Source of the DNA: Camelus ferus
Lineage: Eukaryota
Reading direction: 5' to 3'
NCBI RefSeq assembly: GCF_009834535.1
Contig: NC_045697.1
Coordinates: 12,464,001 to 12,528,000 of the forward strand
Length of the DNA stretch: 64,000 nucleotides
In this document: one piece after another, positions 24,184 to 36,520 of the stretch
Layout: each line of letters starts with the position of its first letter
Position numbering within the stretch: position 1 is the first letter of the stretch
Notes under the pieces: generated by a model
What the model was told of the DNA's origin: nothing
Seen by the model: only the letters and a program-made list of their open reading frames with translations
The model's database searches: none
Program-made: the position numbers and the translations under genes

Positions 24184-25727
24184 GTGGTGCAAAAGAAATT
24201 TCTCTTTCTTTATTGCCCATAAGTGTCTATGAATTCCCTTTTCAGTGTAAAAGGAGACAATTCTATCTGTTTTAGGTCTTCTCAGCCTCTTTTGATAGAT
24301 ATTCAGTTTAATTCCCATCCAGGGCTGTTTGTCTCCCTTCAAATATTCACTCCTTTCCGCTCTCTCTCTTAAGTTGTTATCTGGGCATTAAGGGCATAAG
24401 TGCCTTCATAATGGTGATGTGAGTGTGAGAGAAATGGTGCTGAAGGAGACTGGGGAGTGGTCTCTCCCACCCTTTCTTTCTGTACAAATATTCAACACAA
24501 ATACTATCTTTGCTCTGCTGAGGCTGCCTGGACTTAACTATAGCTGAGAAGCATTCTCTCTTTTAATGTGTATGATGTGTAAAAATTTCTTTATATTATT
24601 GAGCATCGTATTTTAAAAAATGCTTCCGTAAGTAATATGCAGTTATCTGCAAGGCACTGAACCAAGAAATATTTTGTGCAAGAAATATTTCCCTTGCCCA
24701 CTCCCATCCATTTTGATGCCTAAAGTCCACAATTACATTCTTGTTGCCCTAAGCCTGTGCTAAATCACTGGATATCTCATGGCTGAAACAATGATATGAT
24801 TTTTCCACCTTGTTACTGCAGCAGACAATTAGGCAACTAGAATTCCAAATTGAATAATGTTTACAGGAAACACTGATTGTTTTGCTAAAAAAAATTGTGG
24901 TTATTATAAAGAGAAGGGATATCCAATCCCCTTTACTGAAGTCAAGTGGCCACAAGCCTACTGGAAACAACATAACCCAAACGTCTTCTCTTTTCACAAA
25001 TTTCTGGTTGTCAAGAATAATTATAAGTAAGATAGTTGCTTCAATAGCACTGTGAGCCACTCTCGTTTGGTTTTTCTTCCCTGTCAAGCTGCCTCACTGT
25101 GAATGGTGCATCATTTATTGTTAGCCATAGGCAGAGCTCTTTGTTGAGAAGAGGTAAACAGAAATTGAATTTGTGAGCCAGCCCTGGGTGAAATATGTGG
25201 TGAGCCAAGTTTTGTGGTTAGAGACCCAAGCTCTTCTACTGTGATCCCCTGTAATGATGAAACAATGGTATAATTTGAAGAGGAAAATTTCATTGTTGAA
25301 TTCAGCCCTGGGACATAGTGGCAGTGATGATGGTGGTGGTAGAGGAGAGAAGAGAACGGGGGCTAATCTTCCTGAGTCCTGAGAGTATGATGTGCTAGAT
25401 TCCCTCACAAATAAACTATTTATACTCCCCATGATGCTGCAGACTGGTAGTACTGTTACGGACATGGAGATGGTAACTGACTTTTTCATGCTCCCCACGT
25501 TCATTTGTTTCAAGTTATAATGATTTCTGTACATTTCTACTTATATTATTATGGTCTAAGCTCGTGTCTGGTCACCTGTAACTACCCTTCAACAGTTCTC
25601 TTTCTCTCTGTGGCTATTCTTTGACCTTCAACATCCGTTTACACACATTTATAAACATAAATTATGTCCTGTCATGCTCCTCATTAATTTCCCCAGTGTC
25701 TTTTCAAAGAACTTAGAATAAAATACC

Positions 25728-26487
25728 AAATCAGTCAAGATGGGTTAATTTCTTGTGCAGTAACAAAAATAATGTTTATTTTTCTTGCATGTTGCATATT
25801 CATTGTGAGTCTATACTATAGACTGAATTATGTTCCCCTGCCGAAATTCATATATTGATGCCCTTACCCCAAAGTGATAATATTTGTAGACGGGTCCTTT
25901 GAGAGGTAATTAGTATTAGATGAGGTTATGCAGATGGGGCCCTGGTGATGTAATTAGTGGCCTTATAAGAAGAGACATCAGAGAGCTTCCTTCCTCTCTC
26001 TCTCTCTCTCTCTCCCCACCATGTGAGGACACAGTGAGAAAGTGACCATGCGCAAGTTAGGAAGAGGGCTGTCACCAGGTACTGAATCAGTGGAAACCTT
26101 GATCTTAGGCTTTGCAGCCTACATGTGGTGAGAAATAAATACCTGTTGTTTAAGTCACCCCGTGTATGGTATGTTGTTATGACAGCTCAAGCAGACTAAT
26201 ACAGCCTGCTTACAGGCTCTGGTCATCATGGGCACTCAGGGACCTAGACTGATTGAGCCTCTGTTTTAATCCTAGGCTTCTACAATCACCGAGGCAAGGC
26301 AAACAGATTCAGTGAATCGCAGGCTGGTCTTTAAGCTTCTGTGGGGAAAGAAACCATTTCTTTTGTTTCTCGACTTGTGTTGGTGAAGCAAGTACTTGCA
26401 TTTAACTCAGTAGAGAACAGCTATTATATCACTTTACACTAAATGAAAGAACTAGAACATTGTGGACAGTCCCAAGGGACCACCACA
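25728..26487 (-). mobile_element. MLT1J-like LTR split by MLT1A
   Basis: atcagtcaagatgggttaa..gcagtaacaaa | cactcagggacctagactga..gaccaccaca. Confidence 0.6.
25814..26203 (+). mobile_element. MLT1A MaLR solo LTR
   Basis: tactatagactgaattatgttcccc..ccttataagaagagac..catgtgaggacacagtgagaa..gcagactaataca. Confidence 0.88.
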
Positions 26488-26859
26488 GATATAAACCTGT
26501 AACAACATTGACAAGTGTGTGTTTGATATATTGCTCTTCACTTCCTGGATTTCATCTCCTTTTATCATCCATGTTGTTGCTGTGTGTTGAGCCATTTGCT
26601 TGGAATGCCCTTCCCCTCAGTTCTTTGCTTGACGGTCTCTTTTGTTTATTAAAATCTCAGTAAAAATGTCACATCTTCAGATGATTCAGTCTTAACAGGG
26701 GTTTCCCTCCTCTGTCTAAATTCCTACCACTGTGTCACCAATTGTCTTCCCTTATCTTTCCCTTTTAATTTATTATTATTATTGTTATTTTAGCAAATGG
26801 CCTTTTAGAATTCCTTAAGTCTTATGTTCTTTTCTTAGCTTGTTCATTTGTTCACTAGC

Positions 26860-27005
26860 TAATTCATTCACTTGTTGATTTCAGTTTTTAGAGATGCAAT
26901 GACAAATAACATCATATCTACTCTTAAGGAACTTACAGTCTGGAAGAGGAATAGACATTAATACAAATCATTACAATCTGGTAAAGTAAGTGTTAAGCAT
27001 AGGTG
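26860..27005 (-). mobile_element. L2 fragment (probably continues at ~30170-30410)
   Basis: actcttaaggaacttacagtctggaagaggaatagacatt; later gttccaggcagagtgaacagcatgtgtaaagggcc. Confidence 0.6.
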
Positions 27006-27439
27006 CATAACAAGTTGCTCATGACATCATTAGTCAATCAAAATCATGAGATACAACTTCACGTGCACTAGGATAGCTAAAACAAAAAATATAGACAATA
27101 GCAAGTGTTAGTGAGAATGTGGAGAAATTGAAAGCCTCAGATATTGCTCCTGGAAGTGTGAAATAGTACAGCCAGTTTAGAAGATAATTTGGCAGCTCCT
27201 CAAAAAGTTAAACATATAGTCTAGTCCATGTAGTCCAGCAATTCAACTCCTAGGAACATCCAAAAGAAATAAAAACACATATTCATACAGAAACTTGTAC
27301 ATGAATGTTCGTAGCAGTATTATTTATAATAGTCAAAAAGTGGAAAAAAGCCAAATGTTTATCAACTGATGAATGGAAAAGCAAAATGTGGCATATCCAT
27401 AAAATGGAATGTTATTCAGCCATAATAATAGGTGAAGAG

Positions 27440-29017
27440 ATTTAATCCATTTCGAGTTTATTTTTGTATATGGTGTGCAGAAATGTTCTAATCTCGGAGC
27501 TTTACATGTAGCTGTCCAGTTTTCCTGGCGCCACTTACTGAAGAAATTGTCGTTTTCTCCATTGTATCTTCTTGCCTCCTTTGTCATAAGTTAATTTATC
27601 GTAGATGTGTGGTTTTGTTTCTGGGCTCTCTAATCTGTTACATCGATCTATGAATTTGTTTTTCTGCCAGTACCATGCTATTTTCATTACTGTTGCTTTG
27701 TAAGTATAGTCTGAAGTCTGGGAGAGTGATACCTCCAGCTTTGTTCTTTTTACTCAAGTTTTCTTTGGCTATTCAGATTCTTTTGTGGTTCTATATGAAT
27801 TTTAAGATTATTTATTCTAGCTCTATTAAAATAATGTGGATATTTTGATAGGGATTGCATTGAATCTGAAGATTGCTTTGAGTCATGTGGCCATTTTAAC
27901 AATATTAATTCTTCCTACCCAAGCACATGGGGTATCTTTCTATTTCTTTGTATCATCTTTGGTTTCCTTCATCGGTATTTTATCGTTTTCAGAGCATAGG
28001 TCTTTCACCTCCTTGGTTAAGTTTATTCCTAGTTGTTTTATTCTTTCTGATGCGATATTAAATGGGTTTTTAAAAAACTTTTCTCTTTCTGATAGTTCAT
28101 TATTGGTGTATAGAAAAGGAACGTATTTTTAACATTATTACTGTATCCTGCAACTTTGCTGAATTTATTTATTATTCTAATAGTTTTTGGGTGGAGACTT
28201 TAGGGTTTTCTAGATAAAGTATCATATCATCTGCTAATAGTGACAGTTTTAGCTTATTCCCAGTTTGACTTCTTCCCTTTTAATTTTGATGCCTTTTATC
28301 TCTTTTTGCTTGTCTGATTGCTGTGGCTTGGAGTTCCAATACCATGTTAAATCAAAGTAGTAAGAATGGGCATCTTTGTCTTGTTCCTAAATTTACAGGG
28401 AAGTCTTCCAGCTGCTCACCACTGAGTATGATGCAACTATGAGTTTGTCACACATGGACTTTGTTATCTCTATGCCCACTTCTATGAGAGTTTTTATGTT
28501 GGATGGATGGATGTTGACTTTTGTCAAATTCTTTTTCTGCATCTGTGGAGATGATCATGTGATTTTTTTCTCCTTCCTTATGTTAATGTGGTGTATCATA
28601 TTGATTGATTTGTGAATATTGTGCAATCCTTGTGTCCCTGGAATAAACCCAACTTGATCATACTGTATGATCCTTTTTATATATTGTTGGATTTGGTTTG
28701 CTAATATTTTGTTGAGGATCTTTACGTTTGTAGTCATCAAAGATATTGACCTATAATTTTCTTTTATTGTAGTATCTTTGTCTGATTTTGGTATCAGGGA
28801 ATGGTGGCTTCATAGAATGAGTTTGGGGTGTTTTGTTCATTTTATTTTCTGGAATAGCTTGAGAAGGATAGATATTAGCTCTCCTTTATGTGCTTGGTAG
28901 TTTCCCTGTGAAGCTGTCTGGTCCTGGACTTTTGTTTGTTTGGAGTTCTTTTTTTATTACAGATTCAATTTAACTACAAGTGATCAGTCTATTCAAATTG
29001 TCTCTCTCTTCTTGATC
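27440..29017 (-). mobile_element. L1 ORF2 internal fragment (reverse transcriptase region), antisense, without 3' UTR or poly(A)
   Basis: ORFs 28555..28740 ([32 protein letters not shown]) and 27333..27587 (FSKWRQENW..TPYTKINSKWIK) are L1 ORF2. Confidence 0.93.
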
Positions 29018-29265
29018 CATGGTACAGCATGGGTGAACCATAAAAATTGTATGCTAAATGAAAGATGTCAGATACAAAAGACCGTGTATTGTATGATCCC
29101 ATTGATATGAAATATCCAGAAAAGGCAAATCCTTAGAGACAGAAAATAAATTAGTCGTTGCTAGAAGCTTGGATGGGATAGGAATAGGAAGTGACTGCTA
29201 ATGGGTACAAGTTTTATTTTTGGTGTGATGAAAATATCCTGGAATTAGATAGTGATGATGGTTGC

Positions 29266-29659
29266 TGTTATAGTAGGTCACTTGAGAGAACTTAACTGCT
29301 AGTTGACCTGCAAGCTGGATCTGGGCAATCAGAGGCTCCTTACCCTCTCCCTTTCCTTGAAATGTATGTTCTACCCACCATTCCCACAGTGGGAGCTGTT
29401 TTCAAGGATGCAGCTTTGAGACAGCATGTATTGTTGGGACCATCTGTATGGTATATATGACTTAACCCAGTTAAGGCTTCTATATAAATATTTTAGAGTA
29501 TGATGGGCGGGTGTGGAGATCTCATCTTGCAGACACCTAAGGCAAGCCTCATAGGTAAGTTCCCTTGCTTATTAAACCTGCCACCTACAAATTTGGGGTA
29601 TTCTCTTTCTACAGTCTCTCCTTGCCTTTTGTTGATGGGGGCCAGTTTGTGAACTAAAA
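29266..29659 (+). mobile_element. ERVL-like solo LTR nested in L1MB
   Basis: Starts tgtta; perfect 5-bp TSD gttgc (29261-29265 / 29660-29664). TATA tatataaa at 29481; attaaa poly(A) signal at 29571. Confidence 0.82.
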
Positions 29660-29760
29660 GTTGCACAATTTGTGAAAATACTAAAAACTACCAAATTACA
29701 TACTTTAAGTGATATCACACTTTGAAAAGGTGACTTTTTATGATATGTGAATTACATTTC

Positions 29761-29761
29761 A

Positions 29762-29828
<67 letters not shown>
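29761..29828. repeat. (TAAA)n tetranucleotide microsatellite grown from the L1MB tail
   Basis: Directly visible. Confidence 0.95.
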
Positions 29829-30871
29829 AATAGGTATGAAAAGAGGCAGGAGCAGAGTTGCTCATACCCTACAGTATGGAATGTAAATATCTTACACTTT
29901 GGGAAACTATTCATATTTACATGTTGGCACAATATTTCCTCTCTTGGGAATCTACCTATAGCAATGCTTTGTAATGTGAAAAAATAGTCCTATGCAAAAA
30001 TTGTTAACTTCATTTTAATTTAAAGAAAGCTATTTGCATTAGAGTAGTAGGAGTTTTATGGTTTTATTTTTTTAAAAATTTTCCCGTAGTTCAGTCATGA
30101 GGTTATAAAACTTCATAATAAAAATGTACAAAATTAAAATAAAAAGAAATCTCAAAGTGCAGAATAGGGTAACTGGGCCTCAGAGTCTTTGGACGGAGTA
30201 ACATTTGATCAGAATCTTAGGTGATAGGACTTGCCCAGTGGGACAAAGAGAGGTAGGAGGTAGAATCTGTGTTCCAGGCAGAGTGAACAGCATGTGTAAA
30301 GGGCCAAAGATGAGAAGAGCCACTGTATAGCTAAGCACTGAACGTAGTCTGATATGATTGGGGGGTGGAGTATAAGAGAGAAGTGCCAGCCAGCTGAGGT
30401 GGAACATTAAGTGATTTGGTCATTGGTTGGCTCACTCAGCTAGTAAGTGGTAGGTTTTGGAGGGAAAGGAGAGAAAGTATGGTCAGGAGATTATTGTTAA
30501 AAAAAAAAAGACATGCAAAAATTCTGTTTAAAATCCTCCAATGACTACTCATTACCCTTAGAGTAAAATCCAAACTCCTTAGTCTTCCTTACCAGGCTTG
30601 GTAGTTGTGACAGTTTCACAATTTCGTGAAAATGCTCAAATCCACAGAGTTGTACACTTTAAAAAAATGAATATTTTTAAGGGGCAGTGAATGCTTTTAT
30701 TATATACTTAGAAATTATAAAGATCAAAACAAACAATGCAAAATTGTGTCCTTTTTTGTCCTTTTATCAAAAGGGTTTGAAAAAAGTAAATAATGATACA
30801 TCAGCATTTGTGTTAAATACAGTAATAATATCAAAAAAAGTCCTTTTAGTGAATTTCTGAATTAAAGCAAG

Positions 30872-30999
30872 TTGATGAATGTGTTAGCTAACATGATGTT
30901 GGTAATCATATTGTAGTATGTGTGTCAAATCAACACATCATATACCTTAAAGTCACACAATGTTATATGTCAATTATATCTTAATAAAATTGAGGAGGA
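30872..30999 (+). mobile_element. Very short 5'-truncated L1 3' end
   Basis: tataccttaaagtcacacaatgttatatgtcaattatatcttaataaa; flanked by 8-bp TSD aaagcaag (30864-30871 / 31000-31007). Confidence 0.75.
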
Positions 31000-31150
31000 A
31001 AAGCAAGATGTTTAAATTTTTGTCTTTCTCTATCTGACTTATTTTACTAAGCATGATACTCTCTAGGTCCATTCACATTGTTGCAAATGGCAGAATTTCT
31101 TTCTTTTTATGGCTGAGTAATATTCCATTATATATATACTAATGTGTCTG

Positions 31151-31198
<48 letters not shown>
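31151..31198. repeat. (TCTA)n microsatellite
   Basis: Directly visible. Confidence 0.95.
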
Positions 31199-31224
31199 AT
31201 CTCACTTCTTTATCCAATCATCTT

Positions 31225-31778
31225 TTTAATTTCTTTTTATTGCGGATGAAATAGTTTTTAATTGAAGTATAGTTGATTTACAATGTGGTGCTAGTTTCAG
31301 GTATATAGCAGAGTGATTCAGTTTTATATATATGTATATATTCTTTCTCAGATTCTTTTCCATTATTGCAAGATATTGAGTATAGTTCCCTGTGCTGTAC
31401 AGCAGGTCCTTGTTTAACTATTTTATATATAGTAGTATGTATCTGTTAATTCAAAACTCCTAATTTATCCCTCCTCACATTTCCCCTTTGGTAACTATAA
31501 ATTTGTTTTCTATGTCTGTGAGTCTATTTGTGTTTTGTAAATAGATTCATTTGCATCATTTTTTTAGATTTCACATATAAGTGATAGCATATGGGTTATG
31601 TCTTTCTCTGACTTAACTTCACTTAATATGATAATCTCTAGACCCATCCATGTTGCTGCAAATGGCATTAGTTTATTCTTTTTTATGGCTGAGTAACACT
31701 CAATAGTGTGTGTGTATATATACATATATACACACACACACTATTAGTATTAGTATGTATGGTGTGTATATGTATGTA

Positions 31779-31809
<31 letters not shown>

Positions 31810-32995
31810 ATTACATCTTCTTTATCTATTCAACTGTCAGTGGACATTTAGGTTGCTTCCTTGTCTTGGCTATTGTAAATAGTGATGCTGTGAACATTAT
31901 GATGCATGTATCTTTCCAAATTAGAATTTTCATCTTTTTTGTATATATGCCCAGGAATGGGATTACTGGTTCATATCGTAAATCTATTTTTAGTTTTTTA
32001 AGGAATCTCCATACTGTTCTCCATAGTGGCTCCACCAATTTATATTCTTATTAACAGTGTAAGAGGGTTCTTTTTTTTTTCCCATACCGTCTCCGGCATT
32101 TGTTATTTGTAGACTTTTTGAGTATGGCTGTTCTGACTGGTGTGATGTGATACCTCATTGTAGTTTTGATTTGAATTTCTCTAATAATTAGTGATGTTGA
32201 GCATTTTTTCATGTGCTTGTTGGCTATCTGTTTTCATTGGAGAAGTGTCTATTTAGGGCTTCTGCCCATTTTTGGCCTGGAATTGTTTGTTTTTTTGATG
32301 TTGAGCTTTATGTGCTGTTTGTATATTTTGGAAATTAATCCCTTGTTGGTTGCATTGTTTGCAAATATTTTTTCCTGTTCCATAGGTTGTCTTTTTATTT
32401 TGTTTATGGTTTCCTTTACTGTGCAAAAACTTTTAAGTTTAATTAGGTCCTGTTTGTTTAGTTTTGCTTTTGTTTCCATTACTTTAGGAGACGAATTCAA
32501 AAAATTATTGCTGTGATTTATGTCAAAGAGTGTTCTGCTTATGTTTTCCTCTAGGAGTTTTATAGCATCCAGTCTTACATTTAAGTCTTTAATCTATTTT
32601 GAGTTTATTTTTATATATGGTGTTAGAGAATGTTCTAATTTCATTCTTTTACATGTAGCTGTCCAGTTTTCCCAGCATCACTTATTGAAGAGACTATCTT
32701 TTCTCCATTGTATATTCTTGCCAGTTCTGTTGGAGATTAATTGACCATAAGTGCATGGATTTGTTTCTGAACTTTCCATCCTGTCTCATTGATCTACGTG
32801 TCTATTTTTGCACCAGTACCATACTATTTCGATTACCATAGTTTTGTAGTATAGTCTGAAGTCAGGGCACATGATTCCTTCAGCTCTTCTTCTTTCTCCA
32901 GATATTTTTGGCTATTTGGGTTCTTTTTTGTTTTCAAATAAATTTTAAAAAAGTTTTGTTCTAGTTCTGTGAAATTTGATAGGGATTACATTAAC
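31225..32995 (-). mobile_element. Nested 5'-truncated L1 (ORF2 end and 3' UTR)
   Basis: ORFs 31826..32038 ([17 protein letters not shown]) and 32249..32500 ([14 protein letters not shown]). 14-bp TSD tatccaatcatctt (31211-31224) / tattcattcatctt (32996-33009). Confidence 0.92.
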
Positions 32996-33318
32996 TATTC
33001 ATTCATCTTGGATGAACGCTTGGGTTGCTTCCATGCCTTGGCTATTGTAAATAATGCTGCTATGAATGTGGTGGTGCATATAATTTTTTGAGTTAATGTT
33101 TTTGGTTTTTTACCCAGGAGTGGAATGGCTGGGTCATATGGTAGTTCCATTTTTAGTTTTTTTGAGAAACCTTTACACTGTTTTCCACAGTGGCTGCACC
33201 AATTTACATTCCCATCAACAGTATACAAGGGTTCCCTATTCTCTACATCCTTTTCAACACTTGTTATTTGTAGACTTTTTGATGATAGCCATTCTGACAA
33301 GTGTGAGGTGATATCTCA

Positions 33319-33637
33319 TATATGTGGAAGCTAAAAAAAGAAAACAAACAAATGTATATAACAAAAGAGAAACAGACTCACAGGTATAGAGAGCAAACTA
33401 GTGGATACCAGTGGGGATAAGGAATGTGACAGGGACAAGATACGGGTATGGGATAAAGAGATACGAACTACTATGTATAAAATAAATAAGTAACAAGGAT
33501 TTATTGTGCATCACAGAGAAATATAGTCATTACTTTGTAATAACTTTAAATGAAGTACAATCTATAAAAATATTGAATCACCCACTATGTTGTACCCCTA
33601 ATATACTATTGTAAATCAACTATGCTTCAATAAAAAA
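33319..33637 (+). mobile_element. Non-inverted 3' end of the twin-primed L1
   Basis: atatgtggaagctaaaaaa..aacagactcacag..gtaaatcaactatgcttcaataaaaaa. Confidence 0.88.
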
Positions 33638-34059
33638 TATAAAGAAAGCAAAAAAGAGAAAATTTAGAAAATATATGTAAAAAGAAGGTTATTAAAATTA
33701 TTCATCACTCCCATCACCTAGAGATAACACCATTAACCTGTTGGTATGCATCTTTTTTGTCTGTTTGCAATGGTAAATAAAGGAGTGAAATTATAAAAAA
33801 AAAAAAAATCCCCACACATCTAAATAGCTCAAGCCAAAACTTACCTATAGTGTTGAAAATGGAATATTTTTCCTATCTAAATATAAAAATGTAGTAATCA
33901 TTATATTGATATTTAGGCTAAATCTTTCCCTTATAAAGTGTTTGACATAAATACCGTTTACTATGTAACTCTTGGCAGTGTTTGCATTAGAATAGTGAAA
34001 CCTTTATGTTTATGGGTTTTACTTTTTACATGGCAATGTGTTTGTTGTCAAGATATTTG

Positions 34060-34520
34060 ATCCTGCCTGTCTCTAACTGCAGCCCACACCATGCTCGCTC
34101 TCCTTCCCAGTCTGTGCTCTGGCTGCCCTGGCATTCATTTTGTTCCTCTGACCTCTCAAGGGAGGACTTTGCAGAAGACTGCCCCAGGCCCCTTATGTCA
34201 GAGGATTTCTCATGGTTCGGGACCTGGGGATCTGGTTTCACTGTCACCTCCCCAGTAAGACCTTTAAGAGGTATGTATGGGAATTGTCAGCTGTCCTTAT
34301 TTCTTACTTCTTGGCTCATCATCCTGTTCTGTTTTGCACTTATCACCATCTGCAATAATCTTGTTCATTAGTTTATGTATTGATTTTCCATCTGCTCCCA
34401 AAAGAATGTTTGAGGAAGGCAGTGGTTTTGCCTTTCTTGCTTATTCCTGTTTCACCAGAATCTTGAGCTCTACCCAGCACTTTAGAGGTCTCAATAAATA
34501 TTTGTGGATGAAATGATTGA
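34060..34520 (+). mobile_element. L2a 3' end
   Basis: gcacttatcaccatctg..ctcaataaatatttgtggatgaaatgattga. Confidence 0.78.
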
Positions 34521-34584
34521 AGAAGTTCAATTTAGAGTGTGTGCCTTTAAAAATAGATAAACATGTCAGTACCCTATTCTACCA

Positions 34585-34765
34585 TTTACTTGAGGCATTT
34601 ACCCCATCCTTGGCAAATCTTAACCTCTCTGGGCTTGAATTCCCTGTATTTAAAATGGAGGCAAGAATAATGCTATTGTGCATTTTAAAAGGAACAATGT
34701 ACTATAAAGTGCTTAGTGCTGCACCTGACAGAGAATAAACCCTTAATAAGTGTTATCTGTATGGT
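34585..34765 (+). mobile_element. MIR
   Basis: ccttggcaaatcttaacctctctgggc..aaaatggaggcaagaataat..aaagtgcttag. Confidence 0.75.
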
Positions 34766-36354
34766 AAATAGCATTATCCTTTTGCCATCTCCTTATGACT
34801 TTTAGCCTTGACAAATGGGACATCTTGTTCTGCTTTGTAAACAGCCATAGTTCACTTCAAATGTCCATCTAGGGGCTTATAAATGTGATTAGAAAATTAT
34901 CTTTTTTAATATTCACTTAAGCCATAAAAAGTTTTACTTTAGTGTGAGTAGAGTTATTCAATTTGATTTCTATTTTCATTGACTAAAAACCATATTAAAA
35001 TACTAGATATAGGTGTTTACTAATTGGCTTCATTACAGTTTTTTTAAACACCTAAAATTTTTCAACTTGAAGTAAATCTCTGAGATCATACCCATGCCAA
35101 GAGAGTCATAAATACCTTTTAACATATGGTTGTCTAGTACATATTTTTAATACTCAAAACATTCTTTGGAAGGAATCATGAGATGGGAGATATTTTGACG
35201 GGAAATAGAATTTCACATTTCTACTTGTATTAATCATTTTCCTCTAAATAAATGAGAGAGGAGGTAATATATGCACAAAGATGAATGAAGTTGTTGTGAA
35301 CGAATAAAAGAAAATGGAAGAGAAGACAGCTGGGACCTGAGTACCCAGGAGATCTGTGTGGGTGAAAACTTACTCAAGTACATCATCAAGGAGCCCTATA
35401 GGATGCTGAAAGGAGAGCAGAGAATCAAAAGCTGTGAACAATTACGGAGTTATATCTGTGTCAGAATTCCATCCTGTGTGAGAGGGCACATTTGTAGGGA
35501 ATGTATATTCACCTCATCCTGAGTTTATTTTCCATATTCATATTTTTGAAAAAAACCCAATAGAATCAATGATGTAATAATTTTTGACAATTTAAGAAAG
35601 TTGCTTCTAGTTTTCTCAGGGCTCACACTGAATGTGGCTGAATTCTGATGTGGAGTACACAGAGGGAATAAATAGTTCATTCCTTTATTCTAAACTTTCT
35701 GTGATGCTGCCTGGAATTTGCTCATCTTTTGGGCTTTGTTGGTAATTTTTTTTTCATATGTGAAGGTAGAAGCATCTTCCATTTTTCATGTTTTGCATTT
35801 GTGTCTCTACTCTGGGCTTCTTTCCCTCAGTTATTTTCATGAGTCTATGGATCATGGGTATGTTCTGTACTTGGATAAAGAGTCCTGTGTGGAGTGACAC
35901 TACCCCTCAGGCGAGGAAGTCCTACTTTATCCAGCAGGGAGTAAATGTTAAAAACTTATTAACAAAGTCACGCAAAAATAGACATTTGGGAAATTTTTGA
36001 ATGCAGCCTTGGGGAAACATGTTCTCAACAGAACACTAATGAAAAGGAGAGATGCTGGAGCTGTGCCTAGCTAAGGGTGGCTCTCAGTGAAAGAGATCAC
36101 CTATGTTCAGAGATTGCAAACCTGTTGGACCTAGAGAAGAATTTCTTACCCTCTTCACTAATCATAGTGGATAGAAGAATAAATGTGAATTAGCAAGGTG
36201 GTGTGTATGTAAAAGACGGCAGGAAGTTGGGTAGGAAAGATGTCCTGTTTTTAAAATCAAGACAGAGTTTAAGCTTTTCGTGATGCCTGTGATCTCGGCA
36301 GGTTACCTAATTTCTCCAAGTTCTTGTAAAATAAAGATAAAAATAACTCCCTTT

Positions 36355-36520
36355 TTATTTAATACTCATGACGTGGCGGGTACTGTGCATAATAGCCCTA
36401 TGAATTCTATATTATTCTTATCCCCATTTTACAGGTGGAGAAAATGAGGCTCAGAGAGGTTAAGTAACTTTCTCTAAGATACTCAGTTAATAGGTAGCAA
36501 AGCAAGGATTCTAGGCCAGC
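36355..36520 (-). mobile_element. MIR
   Basis: tatccccattttacaggtggagaaaatgaggctcagagaggttaagtaact. Confidence 0.85.

Larger units (their letters stand above)
27015..29760 (+). mobile_element. L1MB-type 3' end, interrupted twice
   Basis: atgagatacaacttcac..gtggagaaattg..ccagcaattcaactcctagg..ttcagccata | tgtatgatcccattgatatgaaatatccagaaaaggcaaatcc..ggaattagatagtgatgatggttgc. Confidence 0.87.
31017..33318 (-). mobile_element. Inverted 5' part of a twin-primed L1 (pieces 31017-31224 and 32996-33318)
   Basis: The two antisense pieces are contiguous in L1 consensus order once the nested L1 is removed. ORF 32995..33300 ([24 protein letters not shown]). Confidence 0.8.

Noticed and set aside
29761..29828. 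CRISPR-like or regularly spaced repeat arrays
   Set aside because: Only simple tandem repeats are present; I saw no repeat-spacer structure anywhere in the window.
27333..33334. Reverse-transcriptase-like ORFs as a functional RT gene or system
   Set aside because: Short, frameshifted, stop-riddled L1 ORF2 remnants; no intact ORF1 or ORF2.
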